DNA of 64,000 bases. Origin: Mytilus trossulus. Taxonomy: Eukaryota. Location of the stretch: positions 17,422,001 to 17,486,000 of the forward strand of contig NC_086375.1 of the NCBI RefSeq assembly GCF_036588685.1, in the 5' to 3' direction. Below, one piece after another: positions 37,126 to 50,057 of this stretch. Both the position numbers and the translations under genes were made by a program. The notes beneath the pieces are model-generated. The model saw only the letters and a list, made by a program, of their open reading frames with translations, ran no database searches and was not told where the DNA came from. Each line of letters starts with the position of its first letter. Positions within the stretch are counted from its first letter, which is position 1.

Positions 37126-40100
37126 GTAAGAGGACTACACAATTTAAGAATAAACACCGTAAGATGGTGACAAGGGAACGTCACCATCTAAAAACGGACA
37201 ATTAACGATAGGAAATGAAAAATCATCCCTTTTATCATAAATTTCAGTATTCAGCTTTCCGTTAGTGATATAGATATCAAGATCGAGGAAAGGGCAGTGG
37301 TCATTGTTAGTATTAGCTTTATTCAAAGTAAGTTCAGCAGGATAAACTTCATTAATATACATACTGAAGTCGTCATTATTGAGAGCCAAAATATCATCTA
37401 AATATCTAAAAGTATTATTAAATTTGTTTATCAGATGTTGTTTTGATGGGTCTTTGCTTATTTTTGTCATAAATTGTAACTCATAACAATACAAAAAGAG
37501 GTCCGCAATAAGTGGTGCAGAGTTAGTCCCCATAGGAATTCCGATAATCTGACGATATACGGAATCCCCAAAGCGAACAAAAATGTTATCTAGTAAATAT
37601 TCAAGGGCATATATAGTATCAAAGCATGTCCAATTAACATAGTTTTTTTGTTTATTGCTACTAAAAAATGACCTAAAAGAGTTTGAACATATATATTCAC
37701 ATTCTGATTTTTTGAATGCCCATTTAATTAGGTGTGTGAATTTTTTCTTAATGAGAATGTGAGGCAATGTGGTATACAGGGTAGAAAAATCAAAACTTTG
37801 AACAGATTCAAAATCACCAATATAAGCATGCAATTTATCAAGTACTTCCAACGAGTTCTTGACACTCCAAAAGTAATTTATTCCACTATTTTCGAAGGCC
37901 TTATTTGTACAATTTATTATAAGGTTTTTAATTGTACCAATGTAGCTATATTTAGATTATCTCACTGGTTAAATTGTAAGGATCAACAAAATTTATACAA
38001 AGCAATAAAGATGATAAACAATACATGGCTGAGAGAATAATTTATATTTATATATTATAAACTTCAATGTTGTGATGTTAATAAAATGTATAGCATAAAG
38101 AGAATACAAACAAAGCTGGCTTGAATATACAAGCATAGTTAGATAAATGCATACTTGTTGGTTTATCTTTTTTAAGATAAGACATAATATCGCATTAGTA
38201 TAAAACCCAAACAATAGAATGGATTGTTAAGGAATAACACAAATACAATAAACAATACAAACATGATACATGGATAACACAATCCATGTTTTCTTCTCTT
38301 ATTCAAATGCGTGACAACTTGCCTCTCATCAAATTTGCATCTGTATAACTATATTTAGAGCACTGAGGAAAAAACCCTGTTTTTATATGTATTCATACTA
38401 GAAAAAAGATTTAGAGACAGTATACAAAACATAGCATAGCAAATTAAACACTGAAAAAATGTCACTCTGGATGGTTGAGGTACCGGTCGTGTTGCTCATG
38501 AAGGGACAAATCGGCGATAAATGTAATTCGACGATATCACTTTCGAGGAAAATGGATGGAATTGCGCTACGAACAACGGACATATCCATCGTCATTTTCG
38601 AACAACAGATAGTACATAACGGTTGTTCAAAGCAGGACTTCCGTAAAATATACGATGAAATGACTCATACCTCACCTTTTTTTTTATAACTTTATTATAA
38701 GCAGCAATTGTCTATAATGGAAATCATGATAGGAATGCAGGCTGCGGAGTAACGTACCAGCTCGGATTTATATTCCCTGTATGCAGACGCTGCTTAAATG
38801 TTATCAAATAGAAACGGCAAGTTCACAATTTGGAAGCTGAACTCACCTCTTTTGGCGTAATGGCTAATCTCAATCAAATCTTCATAGTCCATTTTGAGAT
38901 GTACTTTGAGATACGAAACAGACATAACTGTAACTGGTGTATCGTTGTATTTCAAGTTTGATGATATATAAGCGTTCAACATAGTCACCAAACTTATTTC
39001 GGCATGGGACACATCTGAATAGTAGAACGTAAAGATTTAGCAGGAGGAAATATTTTCTTTTTTGTTTTCCCTCAAAACTACATGTGTGAAATGTGCCTTT
39101 GTTTGAATAAAGGAACAATTCGATAAGAAGATGACCTCAGCGGGTTCCGATATGAATGATAATTGTTTGTTGAAAAACACGCCCTAAAACGTTACATAAG
39201 TGTTGTCAATAAAAAACCAAGCATATTGCTAATGTCTGTTTCATACATTGTTCTATTGAATCAGATAGTTAGTTTATAGATTATGAATTGTCCCATCCTA
39301 AAACAAGATAATTCTGTCTACGATGACCAATGTTTGAATGAAATGAAGTAATATCTATTCGTTTAATCTGTCTGTTAGTGTGTAAACTGATATATTGTGT
39401 AAAGGGTATAACAGTCAAATATAGTTAATATTATTGCTATAGCTATAACTATAGCTAAATCAATAGAAAAAGTCCTATTTTTATTCATGACACTCAGTTT
39501 GTATTGGTAGAGGAAGCCGGAGAGAACCACCGACCTTAGGTTGCAAAACTGACAATCATAGTCAGTTCTCTCACATATTATATATTTGACTAACGTGCAA
39601 ATATGTAAGCTCTGTCAACAATTCTAAGCTAAATTCATTTGGATAGATAACTTTATTACTATTATTAAATTGTAGAAACAAGACATATACAGTTCTGAAA
39701 AAAAGTTAAATCACAAAAGTACTGAACTTAGAGGAAAATCCAATCGGAAAGTCCATAATCACACGGCAAAATCAAATAACAAAACACATAAAAAACGAAT
39801 GGACAAGAACTGTCATATTCCTGACTTGGTACAGGCATTTTCAAATGTAAAGAAAGAACTTGTAGATGCATAATGAAAAAAAAGGGAAAGTCATAATGAA
39901 TAGTAAAATCACAATAATACTGAACTCCGAGGAAAATCCAAACGGAAAGTCCCTACAAAATCGTAATATCAAAATCTCAAACGCATCAAACAAATGGATA
40001 ACAACTGTCATATTCCTGACTTGGTACGGTGATTTAGTAATATCGCGCTCTATTCAAGACTTATTATTTGCACATTCTTGTTTAGTGTTAGTAATGTTAC

Positions 40101-43100
40101 TTAGCTTACAATACATATCATATGGATGATGTTTCAGCTAACGCAATACAGATTCGAAGCGCTCTGAGCTTATGGATTGCAATTTTAGAGACGAAACCAG
40201 GTTCATTAGCATTCCCTTTTGAATTCAACTATGCATGTAACGAGTTAGTGGATAAAGGTTTCCGTGGAGCTAAAGTATTTCTAGCAGGCCATGGTGATGG
40301 AGGTAGAACACATTTTTATGCTTCTTCACTTTTAATCTTTCTCATCATGTTCTCTTTCAGCAAAGGTATTACAGAGCAGAAGTACTATGAGATTATGGGT
40401 TGTGGTTTTAGAGAGCACACCAACTTCACTTTTATTCCCTATTAAATTCAACGGTGCTTGTAAGCAGTTGCTGGATGCTGGCTTTGAAGGCGATAAAGTC
40501 TTTCTAGCTGGTCACGGCTTAGGAGGTAGACTCAAATTATGGCATGATTACATTTATGATAAAACTTCTAGAAAAGATTCAAACCAATTTTACTAAAGTC
40601 TAATCATACAGAATTTAAAATGTTGTAATATACATTCGAATTTAAACCTTGTGCATGCCTTTTCCGCTTCTCATTTTATGCACAGTGACATGATTGCAAA
40701 AGAAATCCATTTCCATAGTTAATTTATGTACAATAAATTGCTTTATATTTTCATAATTCTAGACGTTCATTACTGAGAGAAGTTTGCAAAAGAAATAGAA
40801 AGTTTCCGGAGAACTCAATTGCAATTGTGAATACACTCTGATCTTTGTTACTTTATATAAGTCTCCGTTTTTCTGTTAGTAGTGGACTTCACATTTTCTT
40901 TTAACAATAACTGGATTTGCATTAAAGTTTAATAGTAATGTAAAAATATCTGCAACTTTAAAGAAACGAAAACAGAATCCTTAAAGGTTATTTCAATTCA
41001 AGCTATCTGAATGCTTTCTTATGAAATATCATTATTTTATTTTGTTTTCGTGTTTGTGCATATTTTTTTGAATTCATTTTATCCTGCAATTCGACAATTA
41101 ATTAAGACCTACTTACTATAATTGCTATGTTTGAATAGTGAACACCTATTTCATTTCCCAATATCCTGCTTCTGTTAGAGACGAACGGTGATATTATAAT
41201 TACTATAAACGTGACAGTTCAGGGGTCATAAAGGGCTGCATTTAAAAATTCCCCTGCTCATGAAAAAATAAAGATAATATTTTTTAATGTTTTACTGTAA
41301 AATTGCAGGATAGAAATAAAAGAGTTAAGTTACATGTTAAAAAACAACACTAACAGTATACGTACTCGCTACGATGAAACAGATGAAATGTTCAATAAAA
41401 AAGGAGAAGGAAACACCATATGGTCAATGACAATTCATAAGTCAAAACTACTATGGCAAAAAAACGAAAAGACAAACAAAAATCTAAGGAACACGAACTC
41501 AATATAAAACAGAGGTGATTTTAGACTTTCTGTAAGATAAAGCAGTTATGTTCTACATGTAACACCCGTCGTGCTGCTCGTGTAATGTATAAATCTTTTT
41601 ATAAACCTCTTTCGGTGTTGTCTCAATAGGGGAAATATGACGTCTGTGACAATTGGAACATATCCATGGTCATCTCTGACACATTTAAAAGCTAATTAAC
41701 GGTCGACCAAATGATGTTGTTGGTAAAACTTATTATTTTTATACATATATCGACAATCTACGTATGTTTAGTGTGTACATTTTTGTTTTAATAAATGAAT
41801 TAAATGCAGCTGAGAACGCATCAGCTATTTGAAGCAACGTCAATACGATAAAAGCACGGTTTTTGGGTTTTGCAAATAGGTTTCGTTTTAAATGTTTAGT
41901 ATATATTTGATATCTTTTTATGATAAACCAATGTTAAAAGAGAAAATTTATTTCATAGGTCATAGGGCATCTAGTTATGGCCATTCAATCTTCCATAAGA
42001 ATCGACTTGATGGAGTGCTGTTGTTTTCGTCGTTTCTCAGCGGAAGTTATCGGCTGAACAATTATCCATACCCAGTTCTTACAATTAGTGGGGACTTAGA
42101 CGGAGTAACGAGAGTAACAAAAATGGTTGATGCATTCGAGTGAGTGATGATTTTTTGTTATAATAATGATAGTAGTTAGGTAATATGAAGTTCCTTACAT
42201 ATTCGATTAACACGATTAACATATTGGTGTTCAGTGAAATAACAACATCTAATGTGGGATTACGAGGCGCCGAATGGGACTCTTGTGGTTTTGTAGACAA
42301 AATTCATTTTTGTCATGAAAAAAGTCAATTTTGTCAAAAAAGGTATGCAAGTATAAACTTATTTGCATACAAAATTGACTTTTGTTACCGGATATGGAAA
42401 TTAAAACACAAAATTGACTTTTGTGAGACAAAATTGACTTTTGTGACAAAATTGACTTTTGTGAGACAAAATTGACTTTTGTGAGACAAAATTGACTTTT
42501 CTGAGACAAAATTGACTTTTCTGAGACAAAATTGACTTTTGTGAGACAAAATTGACTTTTGTGAGACAAAATTGACTTTTGTTAGACAAAATGTACTTGT
42601 GTGAGACATAATTCAATTTGTCAATTTTGTCTCACAAAAGTCAATTTTGTGTCACAAAAGTCAATTTTGTGTCACAAAAGTCCATTTTGTATGCAAATTA
42701 GTTCACAGAATCGAAACTAAACTAATTCGCATACACAATTGAATTTTATCGCAGGTAACAAAAGTCAAGTCTGGGATACAAAAATTAGTTTTGTAATGAT
42801 AAAAGTAACTTTTGTCCACTTAAAGATAATTTTGCATGACAAATTTTAAATTTGTAGTATTCTACAAATTTTGTTAAACTGAACTCATTTTTGTTGATCA
42901 AAACTCACTTTTGTCCGTACAAAATTGAATTTCGAGTACAAAACCACAAGAGTCCCATTCGGTGCCCCGTAGCGATACTATCAAAATTTGATCTGAGATA
43001 ATTGTATCAAAATCTCAAACGATACAATTTAGATTTTCATTTTCATTGATTTTATTACTTTTGCTTTCTTACTTATTTTGCACGATTTCATCAACCATTG

Positions 43101-45668
43101 TCACCTTTTAAATCAAATTTCAGAGAGTTGGAAGAAGATTTGATACTAGCTCCAACACAAAAATACACTACACCCGTAATTGTAATGGAAGGTATGAACT
43201 ATGGACAGTTTGCATCTGGTACCCTCCCACCAGCTGTAGCGAGTTATGACTTGAAACCAGAAATTTCCCAAAAAGATGCATATGATGCTATAGCTAACTA
43301 CACGAACGCATTTATGTTGTATGTACGGGACACAAATGTATCAGAAGCAACATCTATGCTCGAAGAGGGATATTCGAAAACACAGTCGATACTTCAAGTG
43401 AGTTTGAATCATCACCTCATTCCCAGAATTTTGAAATTATTATGATTGTTAACTTGTTTTTGTATGATCATCCACACTTTGTTAAGCCTTATAGGTGACA
43501 TTAAAGACTATTCACTTCAATCGAGAGAAACCAATCGGCTTAATTTCCATGTTTTTAATTTAAAAAAAGTAGCTGAACAAGAATGTTCCGGCACTCACAA
43601 ATAAATATAACTATTTTGACTTCTAAATATCATTTTGTAAGAATCTGCTTTTCACACCAGTACCATTGATGTAGCCTTTCTCTGATTTGTATCTTTTGAG
43701 GAAATGGAGGTAGACATAATGATAAACATAAAATTCAATCCTTAAATAAAAAAAAAAAATGTTTTATCAAAATCATTGTAGTACCAAAAAAATAAGGTTA
43801 TAGAGCGATTAAATGGGTTTTTTTTTTCAAGAAAAAATATAACGATTTGTTTTTGTTTGTTATTTCAGCCCCTTTCACAAGTGAAAGCTCTTGATGATAA
43901 TGAAGAATATGTCTCACATTGGACAAACACTGCTCAGCAACTGATAGTGGGTCTTCTGGATACCTCACTAGTAGAGGTAAAATATAACACATTGATATTA
44001 TCATATAGATATTATATCGCTTAATATAAAGCATGTAGCATTTCCAATTTTTAAAAACGAAATGTTGATCAAAATATTTACCAAATAGATAAAATGGACT
44101 GGTAGAATTTGTTTCAAGTGGAGACAAAACACAACAACATTTGAATAAAGTGGAATTTAAATGTTGAGAAAATGAATTACCATTTAAAGTCATTAACATT
44201 AACAAACTTGCGTGGTGTCCATTGTTTCTTAATTGACTATATGATTATCATAGTAAAGATGTTTACAGGGTACTAATTATTGATAATTAATACACAGATT
44301 CTTCATCAAAACATTACAGCGATCCTTTTAGAAGTGTTATTATCCATATTTGTGTTTATCTGTCGGAGTGTATTACGTTTGGTTAGTATATTGAAACTGT
44401 TAGCTTTTGTAATATCATTTTTTCTAATTCTGTTTATTTCAGTTCGATAATACAGAAGAAACACCATCACAGCCTAAATCATTTCGATTTCGCAAACCGC
44501 ACCAGTCGGATATATTAAAAATCAACAGCTCCACTGAAGTGTATTTTCCTAACACAGATGGTACCAAGATTCCTCAAAGTCCCCTACAACTTAAAGCAAC
44601 CATGACAAATCAAAGAGCTATTAAATCACTTTTGCCATCTGCACCTTTTGGTGCCCCTGCTACATGTCAAGATATCAATCAGGTATATTACTGTTAATCT
44701 CAGAATTATTTAACAACAACAGAAACAGTAATAGTAATAATAATAATAATAAGATTGCTTATATTTGGAAGCAATCGTTTCTTTCATGATAATATGAAAG
44801 CATGCCGAGAAGCTACTATGTTGACTAAAATGGAACAGCGCACACACCAAAACCATTAGTATAATAATTTGAAATTGTCAATGACACTGCAGCGCTTTGC
44901 AGATTCTTAGCATGCGTATATCCCTAGAACTAGGCGGTTATTGTGTCATACTTTACCTTGTTTACTACCATTTGTCGGTAGTGGTGTTGGCGGACGGTTA
45001 AATCTGGTTGGTAACACTTTCACAATTTTCAATGTGAACTTTCTAACAACGATATATTCACTTAGATATATTGATATTATGAAATTGCTTTTACACACTT
45101 AATCTCTGGCCGGGAAAAGCCGGAACATTCCTAAATTAAGTTAAATACTAGTAGATTGGAAGTCGACATAAAGAACAGAAACCCAATGTTTAAAACAGAA
45201 TCGGTAAACTATATTGAATAGATTTATAATCAATACGGTAAATAAGTGTTACCTTTAGGTGCATTTCCTGATGTAATTTGTTGTTGTGTTGTGACAAATG
45301 ACGGACACTAGACATCTTCATTTATTCGTGATAACAATTTGTTTTATTTAATATTGTAGGATGCCTTTACACTAGCTTTTTCGAAATCTTCAGCCACAGC
45401 AAAGGCTAGATACCAGTCTAAAGGAAGGCCAATACAATTTCTTCCAGACGTCAATGTTACATCGAAGAACAGTTGGAACCAATATGGAGATCTAAAACTT
45501 AACTACAACATAACTGGTCTTTTTGTTCAGGCTTCACGTTATATATCCACTAAACCATCAGGGAGAGACGATGACTGCACCTTGTTATCGCCCTTTAGGG
45601 CAATGGAATGGATATATGTAGATTCTTTGAAAAATACAAAAGAACAAACATATACAAATAATACATGA
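36969..45668 (+). CDS. Secreted alpha/beta-hydrolase-fold protein, copy B, 477 aa with either exon 2a or 2b; predicted catalytically dead
   Basis: Exons 36969-37125, 40138-40302 or 40361-40525, 41959-42139, 43124-43397, 43869-43976, 44443-44682, 45360-45668, all GT-AG and in frame. GHGDGG/GHGLGG, NYGQFA, C-terminal CTLLSPFRAMEWIYVDSL. Confidence 0.88.
37147..37940 (-). mobile_element. Penelope-like retroelement reverse transcriptase fragment, open frame, in intron 1 of hydrolase B
   Basis: SFDFSTLYT, GIPMGTNSAPLIADLFL, RYLDDIL, FLDLDI, YDKRDDFSFPIVN motifs; truncated at both ends. Confidence 0.85.
38400..39410 (-). mobile_element. Degenerate Penelope-like element (RT C-terminus plus 3' tail)
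   Basis: YAKRGEFSFQIVNLPFL resembles YDKRDDFSFPIVNFPFL; tail resembles the repeat at 20412-20727. Confidence 0.65.
39705..40028. repeat. Two tandem fragments of the Penelope-tail repeat; inverted copies at 11285-11570, 14990-15150, 63830-64000
   Basis: aaatcacaa(a/t)a(g/a)tactgaact...aactgtcatattcctgacttggtac repeated. Confidence 0.75.
40138..40302 (+). CDS. Hydrolase B exon 2a (GHGDGG)
   Basis: gtttcag acceptor, gtagaa donor, 165 nt, phase 1-1. Confidence 0.85.
40361..40525 (+). CDS. Hydrolase B exon 2b (GHGLGG), tandem duplicate of 2a
   Basis: ttctctttcag acceptor, gtagac donor, 165 nt, phase 1-1. Confidence 0.85.
41959..42139 (+). CDS. Hydrolase B exon 3
   Basis: tttcatag acceptor, GA|gtgagt donor; SGDLDG. 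Confidence 0.9.
42261..42971. mobile_element. Foldback-like MITE with internal 20-bp tandem array
   Basis: 35-bp terminal inverted repeats (33/35 match); about 10 copies of GTGAGACAAAATTGACTTTT at 42408-42610, inverted copies at 42620-42690. Confidence 0.85.
43124..43397 (+). CDS. Hydrolase B exon 4
   Basis: tttcag acceptor, CAA|gtgagt donor; NYGQFA. Confidence 0.9.
43869..43976 (+). CDS. Hydrolase B exon 5
   Basis: 108 nt, PLSQVKALDD... Confidence 0.9.
44443..44682 (+). CDS. Hydrolase B exon 6
   Basis: 240 nt open, PQSPLQLKATMT...CQDINQ|gtatat. Confidence 0.9.
45360..45668 (+). CDS. Hydrolase B exon 7 (terminal)
   Basis: DAFTLAFSKSS...MEWIYVDSLKNTKEQTYTNNT-TGA. Confidence 0.9.
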   Translation, partial: DAFTLAFSKSSATAKARYQSKGRPIQFLPDVNVTSKNSWNQYGDLKLNYNITGLFVQASRYISTKPSGRDDDCTLLSPFRAMEWIYVDSLKNTKEQTYTNNT

Positions 45669-46720
45669 CAGTGATAAACTTTAAAAAAAAAAATACATCA
45701 TCTCTAAAAATTAACAACTTTCAATACATGGATACATGTAATATATTTTTATTTTTCACACATTCTTATATTTTCTGTCATTCCTAGTGATTGTTGAATG
45801 TTTACAGTTTTTCACATAATGTTGTTAAAGTGTGGTTTTTTAATGTTTTTAACGCATATCTTTGTCAAGGAATCCTGTAAGTCAGTGCCTGGTTTGTTGA
45901 TGTCTATCATATATGATTTTGGTTTTCAAATTTGAATTGTTGTTAATTCGCGTTTGAATTGTTTAACATCTTTACAGTTGACAATACGGAGTTTGTTCTT
46001 CTTGTTTAATGTCATACTGTAATTGTAATAGCTTATATTTACATTACTTGAACTCTAGTGAAAAGTTGTATATTAGCAACCATGTTAAATCTCCTTATTT
46101 GCTTATTCGTAACCCGGATCTTCTTTGCTTTTGAATATACCCGAATAGTAAAGGCTTTCAAATTTGGAGGTTTAAGTGTTTTTTATGAATTTAAACCGAG
46201 ATTGCGCTTACGAGTGACGGCACATGCATTTGTCTTAATACCTTAATACATAAGGTCGCGAACTTTCGTTATATCTCGGTTCTTCTGTGGTTGTCTTTTC
46301 ACTGATACTTTTTATATCGTTAATCTAATGCGATGTCAGAAGAAGAACTTTAAGCAAGAACAACAGAAACACCGAACTGCAACAAAAATAAACGTTAGCA
46401 TACATATAAACGGACTATTTGATAACAACTGCCATCTTTCTAAATTGGTAGAGGAAATTTTAAGCAAATATAATGGGTTGAACCTAGTTCTATGGCTAGC
46501 CCAACCTCCCGCAATATATGACAATGTTAAAAATGGCAATATTTCGTGACAGGAATACAGTATAACCAAACGCAAAACACTCAGCACAGAAAAATGCATA
46601 ACTACATAATATAATTATACATAAACACATGTATTACCCACAGTATAACATCAGACAGCTTCCTTTAACGACAGTATACATTTATAGAACACCACAAATA
46701 ATGACGGATTTTGTGACTTA

Positions 46721-48158
46721 GGCCACACCAATTTAATTTCTTGTTCTACGGATTTTTGGACTTCAAAATTTGGGGCGAGCGAGCGATTTGAAAATTTTAA
46801 TAAAAAAATATTTAATTTGCAAATTTTTGAGGCGAGCGATTATAATTTTTTTTTGTAAACATAAAATAGTCGGTTTTGACAATATTAAAACTTGATTTAT
46901 CACTTGTACTTTGAAATTTCTTTAATTTCTGAAGTATTGTTTTCCTATTCACCAAGAAATAATTAAATCTGGCCTATGTATGACAACGAGACAATTCTCC
47001 ATCCAAGTCATATTCAGTCTGGGGGCAACCCTTAATGTTAACAATTTATCCCTTTTACATGTTTTATGAGTATAAGAGGGATCAATATAAGTTATAATAT
47101 ATTTGTTTGTACAAAAGGGCTCATATTTTCTCAAAGAACTATATATCTATCTGGTATTAAATGGTCAAAACATGTCCAAGAATTTTTGTAATATTCCTGG
47201 ACTTAAACCATGTTAACACATTTACTTTTATTAACAGTTTAATAATTATTCAAAATAAGTGGACCCCTGTTTTAGAAAAAGTTGTTTAAAATATGACAAC
47301 TCTCCTCTTTTTGAATACAAAATTCTAAGTTTTCAAAGGTTTTGTATATAAGAACTAAACAAATCCTTCAGGTCATGTTGGTATTTCTATTTTCTTTTCT
47401 ACATCAGTAAAATGACCCCTTGTCTGAGGGTGGGTTGTTCTCAACCTGATAATAGCAAACAAAGGTCAAAATACGGCCTTTTACACAGAGCTTTGATACA
47501 GACCAAACAACAAGCTAAAAAGGAACCCACAATTATTAGCGTACACAATTTGAACAGGAAAATCAACAATCTAATTTATATATCCGAACGGGAAAATACC
47601 AATGAACAACATCAACAAACGATGCTGAACGACAGGCCCCTGAATCAATCAGGACAGGTGAATAAACATGCAGCGGCTATGGATAGTTCTGTTTCGCCAG
47701 CATACAATATAATTGCAGTTGAAGGCAAATCCTTCAGAATTTCTTTGTACTTTATTCTAACAACGAACTTTGTTGATAGGGAAGATAAGTAAGGAGGAAA
47801 GAAATCATTTTTTCGTTCTTAAAAGTATATTTCCGTTGTTCTAAATTTATAGCTAAATTTGCATCGGAGCACTCCCGTTTTGTATAAATAGGTTTCATGC
47901 TAAAACAAATATTCTCACAGATATTTACAGTGTGGTGGGGTGCTTTTATGTTTAAAATCGTTATATACAGGTTAGACTGTGATTTTAAAAATAGATGTTG
48001 ATATCTTTTCAGAATATTTACAAAAAAAACAGGGCGGGAAATGGACAAGTCATGATTACAATTCCGGATGCGGGAATATAAAAAAAATTAAAAAATTCTG
48101 TTTTGAAACAAATAGGTGCGGGCGGGTCCGTCGAACAAGGAATCAAATTGGTGTGGCC
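46721..48158. mobile_element. Non-autonomous PIF/Harbinger-type element between hydrolases B and C
   Basis: TTA target duplication; ~32-bp terminal inverted repeats GGCCACACCAATTT(A/G)ATT(T/C)CTTGTTC(T/G)ACGGA. Confidence 0.8.
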
Positions 48159-49413
48159 TTATGTATAATCTTGAAATTCATAAAATTATATGGAACAAGA
48201 TGAAAAGAGTCATAATTATTTTCACAATTCGAGTCCAAATAATTATCATGATTATGACGGTATGGAAAGACTATTTCAAATGCTGTAACGATGTGATCAT
48301 TATTTGGACTAACACAATACTTTATCCACTAAAAACGGAAACCACTCGAATATATACTGGAAAATAAGTCATATTTGAATACAAAATACAGAATTCAAAA
48401 CCACAAACGAAAAGACACAGCACAACACACCATCAAAACGAACAAACAAACAAAAACACAACAACCAAACACATGAATGCTGGATGTATAAACACCGAGA
48501 GGTGTCGAATAGCAATGCAAATTTACACTCTGTAAATCAGTCTCACTTGGGAATAGGTAATTTTCGGCACTCAGCTGACAGAGGACATAAAGTCAATCCA
48601 CAATCACATTCAACAAAGATCAGTCACGTCTCAGTCATTAATACAATAGAACGGACGTGCTTGGTCAGCTCCTCTTTACCCGCTATCTACAATGTTGGTT
48701 TACTGATGGATGGCTCAACGACTTGCATTTTTTTTATGACAAATACCAATCTGCACATACAGTTTAAATTCTTGCTTATGTTTTAAACCCACGCTAGCAG
48801 TATGGATGGGAGATTGTTATGCCGACTGTTGTATCCTAGATGATAGATAATAAACCGCCATTTCACTGTCTAACGACTTTGGTCCAGATAAAGCTTTCTG
48901 TTATCGTTAATAGTATGTCCGAGACTCATCGACCAGTTCTCCGTCATAGAGGTTAGAGAGATGCACAGCTGACCAACCTAGCCCTGAATGTAAGTAGCTG
49001 TTGTGAACGAAAAGAACTAATTAGTCAACAAACCAAAAGATTAAACCAAAAACAAAAATGGCGGCCATCATTTTCCAACTTATCATCATTAAGCAACAAA
49101 ATATTTTATCGCTCAACAAACGCCTTCGAGCACTGAGCCGAGCGTGCAAGGGTTTACCAGCAAGTCAATGTCGTTAAACCCAACCAGTTAGTGAGACGTG
49201 GTAAAAATGTCAGTGTAGACCCCAAACACAAAAGTATAGATTAACCAATTCGAAGTGGTGCAATAAAATTTACGGTGTGTCATTTTTAATTCTTCCTCCT
49301 CATATTAACTAAGTTGGAGCAGTTTCTGCATTAAGAGCACACTATTGTTTATGAAGTCCGATTTTTATTATTCATTTATTTCAAAATATCTGAATATAAT
49401 TATATTTATTACA

Positions 49414-49578
49414 TATAGATTCCACAACTGCAACAAGTGTGTTACGATATTTCTCCACTCGAGACAGTTAAATTTTATTATTTAAAGCGCGAGGCTTGCT
49501 GAGCTTTTTAAATAATCAAAATTTAACTGTCGAGAGTGGAGAATATCGTAATACACAAGTTACAAAGATGGGATCTGT
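49414..49578. repeat. Long imperfect palindrome (~70-bp arms), probably part of a palindromic non-autonomous element
   Basis: GTGTGTTACGATATTTCTCCACTCGAGACAGTTAAATTTT...TTTAAA / AAAATTTAACTGTCGAGAGTGGAGAATATCGTAATACAC. Confidence 0.75.
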
Positions 49579-50057
49579 TTCTCTAATGATTTTTATCCTT
49601 CCTTTTCAAAGATTTGATGGAAGTTGTGTACTTTTGATGTGACGTCATCAGGCATGGTCGCCTTTTTTCATGCCGTCACAACAAGAAAATTCAGATCATT
49701 AGAGATTAGAAATATTTTTCTCACACCGGTCAGGAAATGCGAAAATAGCATGAAAATTAGAGAATAATATATAATATGCTGTGAAAAACGATAATATGCT
49801 TCGAGAATACTGTATTTCGATATATATATATATATAAAGGGTGTTCAATAATGTCATACAGGTAGACCATGACATACGAATGTTGATTCTGTTATACACA
49901 TTATAGGGAAACCCTTCGCGATGGGAAATCAGCAACTGTTAGGTTCGGAGGAACCTTGTCAAAGTCATTTATTGGATTATTATTTCCGAAACATATTGAT
50001 AAGTAACGTCATACAGCGTACTCGTGTTTAGTTTGTGTGTGTACGCAAAGCTTAAAC

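Noticed and set aside
42185-42616. Repetitive ORFs (SQKSILSHKSQFCLTKVNFV) and a CRISPR-like look
   Set aside because: Translation of a 20-bp tandem repeat with no unique spacers, inside a foldback element in eukaryotic DNA.
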